The notes beneath the pieces are model-generated. The model was not told the origin of the DNA. It saw nothing but the letters and a program-made list of their open reading frames with translations, and searched no databases. A program made the translations under genes and the position numbers. A DNA stretch of 64,000 nucleotides from the human T2T-CHM13v2.0 reference genome, Homo sapiens. Positions within the stretch are counted from its first letter, which is position 1; every line of letters starts with the position of its first letter. Of the stretch, positions 20,201 through 40,860 are shown one piece after another. Location: assembly GCF_009914755.1 (NCBI RefSeq), contig NC_060936.1, one strand, 5' to 3'.

Positions 20201-20725
20201 GGACTGCTCAAGGCCAGGGGTTTGAGACCCAGTCTGGGTATCACAGTGAGACCCTGTCTCTACAAAAATTTTTTAAAAATTAGCCATGCATGGTAGTGCG
20301 TGCCTGTAGTTCCATCTACTTGGGAGGCTGAGGCAGGAGGATCGCTTGAGCCCAGGGGTTTGAGGCGGCAGTGAGTTACGATTACACTATTGCATTCCAG
20401 CCTGGGTGATGGAGTGAGACTTAGTCTCAAAAAAAAAAAAAATTGGGAACTCAAAAAAACTTCCAAGCACATGACATGGTAGATGCTCAGCAGAACAGAT
20501 GGAAACTGTTCTTCTCTTACTTATTATCACCTCTCTTTGGATTATAATTAATTGAGCACAGGGACCATCACTCCATTAACTGAGCAGCTACTGTACGCCA
20601 AGCTCTAGGCTATGCATTTTATGTGAGTTATCTCATTGAATCCTCATACTAATTCCATGAAGTAGGTACTATTATTATTGTTATCCCCATTTTATGAATG
20701 AGGAAAATTGAGCTCTCAGGGGTGA

Positions 20726-21380
<655 letters not shown>

Positions 21381-21689
21381 CTATTTATAACCTGCAGGTT
21401 CTAGCATCCTGTTGAGCACACAGCCCTGCAGCTACCTGGGGCCCTTCTTCCTGGACTGTAGGGCGAGGGGAGTAAGGAGCAGGATGTCGGGGTGGAGGGT
21501 GTCTGGCGGCCAAGGAGAAGGCCGTGGCTGACCCTCCTTTCTCTTTGCTGTGGACTCTCCAGTGAGCACAAAATGCACATCAAGGGCCCTGTGGGTCATT
21601 CTGGGGCTGTCTAGCTTGTCATCAGCAGAGTGTCTGGCACCTAAGAGGAATGAATGAATGAATGAATGAATGAATAGAAGTAGCTTTAT

Positions 21690-22590
<901 letters not shown>

Positions 22591-23494
22591 AATTCGCTGG
22601 GATTTTCACGGCCTTGCTGTGTGGCCCTGGGTAGTGAATCTCACCTCTCTGGGCCTCAGTCTGTTGAACTCACTGGCCTTCCAGTTTAGACATCCTGGGG
22701 CTCTGTCCCTTCATCCTGGCACTTAAGGGTTTTTGTTTATTTCTTTTGTTTTGTTTTGTTTTGTTTTGTTTTGTTTCTCCCCACAATATCTGCTAAAAGG
22801 AGAACTGGCCAAGGCCTGGCTTGATATTTTTCTCCTAGGCTAGACTTTGAGCCAGGCACATGCCAGCACTCTTGTATCTGAATAAGGGGCTTTGACAAGA
22901 TGCATTTGTGTGACCGAGCTTCTAAATGTGTTTGAGAACCTGGGTGAGACGGGACATTCCAGCAAAATGTCAGCATAGGCCCAAATTCTGTCTTTCTGTT
23001 TCTTTTTGTTTGCAGTGGAGCAAAAAGTAGAAATCTCCAAGGGCACCGCGGACCCTTCTCTAATGAATCAATGGAAACGCCCACTGATCTGGAGATGTAA
23101 GGGACAAGCCTGCTGGCTGTGATTCCCCACACCTGTAACAGGCTGTTTCCACTTCCTCAGGAGCCAGCTGTGAGAAACCCACAGCAGAACTGCCCACCTT
23201 CCAACAAGGGAAGCCTGCAGGAGAACTGCAGGCTTCAATGGGGATGCCAAGCCCATTTTTAGATCTCATCTGTTCTTAATGAGAAATGGGTCCAACCTTG
23301 CCCAGGTTTCTAGAACAATCCCTGACAGGGCTTTGGAGTTTATTAGCATGTTCACACGCTATCTGGCTTAATTGCCAGATGATCTCTTGTTTTCTCTTCT
23401 TTTTATGGTGCACTCCCTGGGACTAGCATAATACCTAGCATCTGGTAGGGATCACTAGATTTTTGTTGGAAGAGTTAGTTTTCATAAGTCATGA

Positions 23495-23746
<252 letters not shown>

Positions 23747-23876
23747 TGATCCACCCGCCTTGGCCTCCCAAAGTGCTGGGATTACAGGCATGAGCCACCG
23801 TGCCCAGCCCATTTTTTTTTTAAGAGGTGGGGCCTCACTCTGTCGCCCAGGCTGGAGTGCTGTGGTGTGATCATAG

Positions 23877-24208
<332 letters not shown>

Positions 24209-24652
24209 TGATCCGCCCGCCTCGGCCTCCCAGAGTGCTGGGTTTACAGGCGTGAGCCACCGGGTCGGGCTTACATGATCATTTTACAGATGATGAAACT
24301 CAGGCTCAGTAATGATATGACTTGGCCCAAGGTCACACAGCCAGGACATAAATCTATGCAGGCAGCTGGCTTGGGGTTACCAGAAAAGAAGAGAAGGAAC
24401 TCCGTCCCAGTGGTGGCTACAATTTGGGAAAACAAACTTTACTTATGAATATGGGAGGACTTAAGAGAGCTTGCGCCTTTGGAATCCCAGTACTGCACTT
24501 GTGCACTTGGACAAGTTCTAAAGACAACAGGGGCCAGGCGCGGTGGCTCATGCCTGCAATCCCAACACTTTGGGAGGCCAAGGCGGGTGGATCACCTGAG
24601 GTCAGGAGTTCGAGACCAGCCTGGCCAAAATGGTGAAACATCATCTGTACTA

Positions 24653-24814
<162 letters not shown>

Positions 24815-25446
24815 TCAAACAAACAAACAAAAAAAATGGGGCCTCAGTTTTTCTATCTGTAAAATGGACACACCAATGTGTGCGTCCCTCTTACACAGAG
24901 CCTGTGGGAGTTACAGTGAGAAAATGCAGTTCAATGCCTGCCACCGGGTGGTGCTCAATACACTCCCACCCCACATTGACCTTTCAGGTGATATCTGGAA
25001 CCCCCCACCCCCTCTCACCGCCGACCAGCCCCACTGCTGCACCGTTGCCTGCCCTCGCAATTTCGGGGCGGGACTGGAGAGAGCCTGCTGAATAATCGCC
25101 CTGCGCATGCGCAGCCGCCATGAGTCACGTGGCCTGACGCCACCCAAGTCCTCAAGGGCGAGGCCTCAGGAACTTTCTGTCGTCAGTGGGGACCCTTGGG
25201 ACAGCTTTCTTCTCACCTCGGCTGGAGCTTGGGGTCCTTGGAACACCCGAGTGTGCACTTGAAGGGCTGAGAGAGAAGGCAAAGACCTTCCAGAACCTCA
25301 AATGAGGGTTCTTTTGACCTTCGTATGTTTTCTGTTTTGAGTCAGGGTCTAGCTCTGTTGCCCAGGCTGGAGTGCAGTGGTGCAATCACAGCTCACTGCA
25401 ACCTCTGCCTCCCAGGTCAAGGGATCCTCTTGCTTCAGCCTCCTGA

Positions 25447-25674
<228 letters not shown>

Positions 25675-27563
25675 TAGAGACGGGGTTTCACCGTGTTGCC
25701 CAGGCTGGTCTCGGGAACTCCTGAGCTCGGGCAATGCGCCTGCCTCGGCCTCCCAAAGTGCTGGGATTACAGGCATGAGCCAACGCGCCCGGCCCACCCA
25801 AGTTATTTTTAAAATTTTTTTGTAGAGAGGGGGTCTCACTTTGTTGCCCAAGCTGGTCTGGAATCCTGGCTTCAAGCGACCTGCCCGCTTTGGTCACCCA
25901 AAGTGTTGGGATTACAGGAGGTGCTCCCAGTCACCCTTTCCATGTTTGAGGGAGGCTTTCCCAGGCCCCTGGGACCAAAGGAAACCAACCAGGGAAATGG
26001 CTGGCCTGAGGCAGGTCAGCCCTTCTGGGCAGCCCTTCCTCATCCGTTCACCCAGGTAACAAATGAGCCCTTCCCTGGTGTTCAGCACTAAAGATACAGT
26101 GACAAGGACCCAGCTGGGGAGATAGACTTTCCCTGGGAAGTGGAAACTGAGTGGAAACTGAAGGGATGCATCCGAGTTAATCTGGGGGAGCTGGGAGAGA
26201 AAGAGGTTGCAGACGGACCAGGGACATTGAGGAGGGTAAAAGCTTTCAAGGGGGAATGAGCCTGGATGGTCTCGAGAACTGATGGGCGTGGGAACAGTGG
26301 CCTTGGGAAGAATTTTGGACTTGATCCTAAGAGCAGCAGGAAGCCACTGAAATTGGGGGATAATGTAATTTTTAGAGTCCTGCACTGAATCATTTTGCTT
26401 TTCTTTCTCATTCAGAAAAATGGATTTTGAATTCCACACCTGCCATACTAATTTTTAAAACTTTATTTTCAGAAATAGAAAAGAAGAGAACAATGGACTA
26501 TGTGTTTCTTCTCAGGGTTAAATATGCTAAAAGACGCAAATTGCCTAGCATTCTATATGTGGTCTATAAATGGTAATTCCCTATCTCTCCTCTAAATTCC
26601 ATTCCACAATTTGCACCATTCCAGGAGCATTGAAGGAGATCAATCCTCCCTACAGACTAAAGATAAATTTCATTTGAAGTACCTGGGTGGATGAAAAATT
26701 TGATTAGTTCAAAAGATTAAAGGGTAATTATTTTACAAATTATTATTCAAATAGTATGCTCCCCATGAGCATACAACATATTATTTGATTTATGGAATTG
26801 CAATTTACATTCAACTTTTTAGGAGCACATTTATTTATTTACTTAAAAAAATCGTTTTGCGACAGAGTCTTGCTCTTTCATTCAGGCTGGAGTGTAGTGA
26901 CATGATCATAGCTCACGCAGCTTTGATCTCCCAGGCTCAAGCAATCCTCCCACCTCGGCCTCCCTAGTAGCTGGGACCATAGGCATGCGCTACCGTGCCT
27001 GGATGATTTTTTATTTTTAGTAGAGATGAGGTCTCATTATGTTGCCTGAGCTGATCTCAAACTCCGGGCCTGAGCAATCCTCCCACCTCAGCACCCCCAA
27101 AGTGCTAGGATTATAGGTGTGAGCCACTGAGCTCGGCCTAGAAGCATATTTATTTTAGAAAACAAGACTAAGTTTCAAAAAGGCAGGGGCCACGTCCATG
27201 TTTTTCCCCCACTGTAAGATCACCACCTTGCTGGACATATAGTAGACTTTCAAATATCTGTTAGATAGATTTAAATACTGAAATATATTTTCTGCTACAT
27301 TGAAAGTCAGGGGCCTCAATTCTAGGGTTTTCTCTTTATAGTTGTTAACATGAATTTTGATGGCATGAGAATGCTTGTTCTCTGAATTATATTTAGCTCA
27401 TACAAACTCTACTGCACAATTATGTTGTAAAGGGGAATTAAGTTTTATCTTTAAGTTGTTATTATAGCCTTGGGAAAAGGTGAACATTGAGAATAACTAC
27501 ATGAAGTGGTAGCATATTGTATTGTTAATTTTGCTACTTTTCTTTTTCTTTTTTTTTTTTTGA

Positions 27564-27821
<258 letters not shown>

Positions 27822-27899
27822 TGAGCCACTGCACCCAGCCCTACTTTTTCTTTTTAACGTGGTGTAGGGCCTAGAATAGACTGTCACGTGTGAAAGGTA

Positions 27900-28385
27900 T
27901 GTCAGGCAGGGTCTGTATAAGAAACAGATGGCGCATTCAAATTAGATCATTAGAAGAATATTTAATAAATGGGCTATTTACAAGGTTGAAGCAGAAAGTG
28001 GGGAAGCTATAAGGGATAGTGCAGTAGCCATGGGGCCTTTACCACTCTTAGATCTGAAGGTTGAGGGGAGGGAGAAATGACAGAACCCAGAGAGAGTTGT
28101 GTAGAGCAGGCTGCCTTGAGAAAGAGGGGTGACCTTTTATCAAAAGGCACAACCAACCTAAGGCCATCTGGCAGGAGGGAAGTGGGGAAAGAAACACTTC
28201 ACCCATGCTGTCCTCCTGCCCTCCCATCTCCTGCTGCCGCTCCCATTGGCTGTACCCGCCTGGAAGCTAGAGGGCAGGAGAGTGAGCTGCTGCAGTCCAT
28301 GTAGGTCAGCCCGCCAGGGCCAAGGGCAGCACGGAGAAGGGTGGAAGAGTGGATCTGGAGGGCAAATGGAAACTATCTGGTACAG
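27900..28385. mobile_element. Old LTR-like element of the same family as 1205-1970
   Basis: GAAACAGATGGCGCATTCAAATT...GGATAGTGCAGTA...GGAGGGCAAATGGAA. Diverged similarity to 1205-1970. Confidence 0.5.
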
Positions 28386-28780
28386 GAGACTTCATTTGCA
28401 TCCTGGATAAAGACTTGATATTTAAATCCTGGTATCTTAGGGAGGCTGTGAAACCTTAAGGGATGGAACTATGGCAGCAGGTTCAGGGTTCTCATTTGTT
28501 CATTCCTCAGATCTCCTGAGGATACTAGAAAAAGTATTGTGCTGGGCATTTGAGAGAAGCCCAGCAATGGCAAAGCACTCTGAGAAATCAATGCATTTTC
28601 CTTCCTGATGCATATATATATATATATTTTTTTCTGATGCTATATTTTTAAGAACACACCCCTCCTCTATCAAGAGCACTTGTTTAGAGCTCTGAATAGT
28701 GAATACAATCCCACTGGTCTCAGAACGAGACACTGCTTCCCCAGAAGCAAGAAAGTTCAGGCAAAACTCACAGGTTCTGA

Positions 28781-29062
<282 letters not shown>

Positions 29063-30749
29063 TAAGCCATGACGCCTGGCCTCCGGCTCTGAATCTTATG
29101 GCTAGCAGCTGACAATTATGTTCCTCACCAGGTCAGTACCCTTTAGGTTGTAGCTGGATGGACATTTTTTCAGGCCCGGGGACCAGAATAGAATGTGTGA
29201 GTGTGACTCTGGAAAGTGGACTTGCTCTTATGAATGGAGTGGATTGTGGTCTCACATTTTCTGAATCTGTGAAATCATTCCACTCTTTAATGAGGTCCTC
29301 TTAGAAGGGGAGGGAATAGATCTCCTTTAGTGACATGACTTTGACAAGCAAATCAATTCATTCCATTTGTTTCCTCTTTGAAAACAGCAATCCTCGAGCG
29401 TTACATAATCTAATCTTCATGCCTCACTGGTTTGTTCTGTCCTCCTGAGGAATTGGCAGATGGTGCCAATGCGGAGACCCGCACACACGCCTCGCAAGCC
29501 TCATGGTAACAGGAGAGTTGCTCACAGTGTCTGTCTCTTTGCTGTGGGGTCCCTCGCTGGCATTTGTTTCCCTGGATCGGTTGGCTCTTTAGCATCCCTC
29601 AGGCACCGCTGGCTTCTTGCCCTCGGCTCTCATTCCAAGATTAATTGGAAATGCTGAAAGCAGATAAAAAGAGAACAGAAAGTGAAGTTGAAAGGGCAGA
29701 GAATTTGCTGGATTTTTTTCTAAAAGCCCTCCTCCGTTAAAGGCCGAGCATCTTTGGAGATTTTTAGCTTCAGAATGGTGACTCCCTCCTTCAGCCTGGT
29801 CCCTGTGTACATCTTTGTTGCTGGGTTACACACAGCATAGGGACAGGGCTGGCTGTGTCAGAGCTGGGAGAGTAGAGATCTGCTTGATAAGGTCTCTGAA
29901 TTTCTCCAACAGCGAGTCACATATCTTCAGAAATGATTGTTCCCCAGATAGGGCAGTTACCTGGAGTCCACCTTCAGGTCGGTGATGTCACTTACGAAGG
30001 GAAAATTATCTCAGAACTCTGTAAGGTGAGGAGCCTCCTGGCAAGGAGGCCCTGTCAGCCAGAACCACAATGCTGAGATGTCCTAGTAAAGGTACTGCCT
30101 ATACATCTTGTTTAAAAATCTGGAAGTGGCAGCATCCAAAGGAAAGGAGTGGTGGGCAGAGTTCTAATATTTAGGACTGGAAAGTGGCTGATGTGCTCTG
30201 GTATTGCTTTTCAATTGTTAAAATATTGAAATACTTCCATACTACTGGGTAAAGAGTTGGATCTTTGAATTCCCCATGCTCCCGTCCCTCTGCTAATACT
30301 TAAAGTCTGTTGAGAGGGTCTTATTTTATTCAATTTCATGAGGAGCTCTACCTGTCCATGCAGCAATGGGAGCTTCCTTTGCTGAACCCAGTTTGCTTTC
30401 ACCGTGCAGTACCAGTAGGTCTTCTTGGTGCAGGGCCAGGCACCACTCCCAGTGCCACAGATGTAACCGCACTGCTCACAGACTGCACTGTTGGCTGACT
30501 GCTTTTGGATGGAACCTCCAGGCAATTAAAACATAGAACCCTCCTGCATGTGGCGAAAACATGCCTGGTCCTTAAAGGTCACATACACCTTTATGCTTGC
30601 TGTCACTCAGGATCCAGGTTGTATTTGCACACAGCAGAAATGAGCTGTCTGAAGGAGAACCAGAGCCCCTGCAGCATCTTCTTTTATGGCCACCCTCCCC
30701 CATGCACTAGGTCCAGGCATAGAGGACTCATTTCTATAAAAGCAATAAT

Positions 30750-38720
<7,971 letters not shown>

Positions 38721-39419
38721 TAATGAGGCCGAGCGGTGACAAGACTGTGGATGGCATTGGGGCCAGGGACCAGAACAGGGAGAGCCTGGGAGGAACCCCT
38801 CCAGCCCCCCGCAAAGCTCAAGCACCGGATACTAAAGAAGAATGGTAGATGGGGCCTCACGATGTGCAGGGGGAAGGGAACTGGCTTAACTGGATGGTCC
38901 CCTGTCCGAGCACTGGGCTAGGCCTTTTGTGTGCATAGTATCGTCTGCTGTTACCAAGAAATTAGTTATGCTTATCATCTGCATTTTACAGAAGAGGAGA
39001 ACAAGGCTCAGAGAGGTTGATGACACCTGCCCAAGTTACCCAGATGGTAGGTGGCAGAGCTGGGATTTGAGATTCAGATAAGGCCTGGGACGCTCCCTGG
39101 CTGCCCACCGAGAGCAGGAATTTCTGTAGCATCTAGAAAGGCAGGAAGGTGAAAGAGGGGACAAGAGCTGGAGGGGGAGCAAATGGGTCCTACCTGAGAC
39201 TTACCATCATCAGGTGCTGCCAGACCTGGCTTCTCTTCTATTCTGAGAACTGATATCCTGTGGCTGACTTACCAGGGTCGTCCTAGTCCCCCCGCACGGT
39301 ATTGGGAGTGGAGGCAGCCCCACACGGAGGCGCTGGGAGACTTTCCTCCCAGCAGTGTCCTGTCACTGCATTCCGGCCCCTGCGTTTGTAGGCAGTGATG
39401 TCACAGAGTGCCTTCATGC

Positions 39420-40860
39420 TCCTCGGGTCTCCGGTTCTCCCCGGACCTCTGTAGTCCTCATTGCCAAAGTTGTACCCCCTGGGGAGTGCACCCTGCCTGC
39501 ATTTCTGGAGGTTCGGGCGGTTCCGGGGCTCTGCAGGAGCCTCCAGGCGTGATAAAGAGCGCTGCCGGCACTCCCGGGGTCTCGGCCTCTTTGGGGCCCA
39601 TTGCCAAGCCCCTTCCCTCCTCGTGCTCCCGCTCCGCGTTGCAGCGTCCCCTTCGCCGCCAGGGGCCGCCCGGAAGCGGGGCTCCCCCAGGGCGGGGCGG
39701 GGCAAGGGGCGGGGCGCGGCGGTACCTGGGCCGCCAGGGAGCCGGGGGTGGGCTCTCCGGGGACAGCCGGCAGCGCCCCCAGATCTGCACCGCCAGCCGC
39801 CGGGAGCTCCGGGCTCCGGGCGTAGAGGCTGCGCTGTCACATGGGCGGCGGCGACGGGGCCGCATTTAAGCGGCCGGGGGACGGCGCCCGCCTCCAGCGC
39901 GTCCTCGGGCTTGGCTCCCGCCGGGAGCCCCGTTCTCTGCCCGCCGGGGGCCCCGCGCCGCGCCGCACCGCGCCGCCCCCGCCGGGCCATGCGAGCGCGG
40001 GCCCCGCCGCGATGAGCTCGCACATCGCCAAAAGCGAGTCCAAGACGTCGCTGCTGAAGGCGGCGGCGGCGGCGGCGAGCGGGGGCAGCCGGGCTCCCCG
40101 CCACGGCCCTGCCCGGGACCCGGGGCTGCCTAGCCGCCGGCTACCCGGCTCCTGCCCGGCGACGCCGCAGTCGTCCGGGGACCCCAGTTCGCGGAGGCCC
40201 CTGTGCCGGCCGGCGCCGCGAGAGGAGGGCGCGCGGGGGAGCCAGCGTGTGCTCCCCCAGGCGCACTGCAGGCCCCGGGAGGCGCTGCCGGCCGCGGCGT
40301 CCCGACCTTCGCCGTCGTCGCCGCTGCCGCCGGCCCGCGGGCGGGATGGGGAGGAACGGGGACTGTCCCCGGCGCTCGGCCTCCGGGGCTCTCTGCGAGC
40401 CCGGGGCCGCGGGGACTCCGTTCCAGCCGCCGCGTCCGAGGCGGACCCGTTCCTCCACCGGCTGCGCCCCATGCTCAGCTCCGCCTTTGGCCAGGTAAGG
40501 GCCGCGCCTCCCGTCAGCGCTCCCGGGAAAGGCGCTCGGGACCCTGCCGGCCGCGGTTGCGCGTCCACAGCCTCCTCCCGCGGCCCGTGGTCCCCCACGG
40601 ATCACGCCTCGGCTCACCTCGTCCTCCCCGGGCCGGCGCCCTTGCCGGCACTCCTCCTCCCCGTGCCTGATTCAGCACCCCGTGCGCTGTCCACGCTCCG
40701 GGCCTCTTGGGGCAAGGCCCTCCCCGCTAGCCTCCCTCATACCCGCCAGAACCCGCCAGTCCTGGAAGAGAGCGACCTCTACGACCGTCCTGGAGATTTG
40801 CGGGGGTCAAGGAGGGGCGCTCCGAGCAGGTGGCGCCAAACCCACTCCTCTGGCCTCTGG
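39420..40860. promoter_or_regulatory. CpG island / promoter of the caldendrin isoform, with GC boxes
   Basis: Very GC- and CpG-rich stretch. Tandem GGGGCGGGG boxes at 39690-39714, ETS-like CCGGAAG at ~39670 and AT-rich CATTTAAG at 39863-39870. Confidence 0.9.
39841..40494 (+). CDS. CABP1: CABP1 long isoform (caldendrin) first coding exon, 218 aa Pro/Arg/Ala-rich N-terminus
   Basis: ORF MGGGDGAAFKRPGDG...MSSHIAKSESKTSLLK...RPMLSSAFGQ recognised as the caldendrin N-terminus. Ends at donor CAG|GTAAGG (GT at 40495), phase 0, joining in frame to 59015 (DRSLRPEEIE). Confidence 0.96.

Noticed and set aside
39283-40617. Long minus-strand and off-frame ORFs (273, 253, 184, 158 aa) over the CpG island
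   Set aside because: Expected from stop-codon scarcity in very GC-rich DNA. They overlap the real CABP1 exon and show no recognisable domain.
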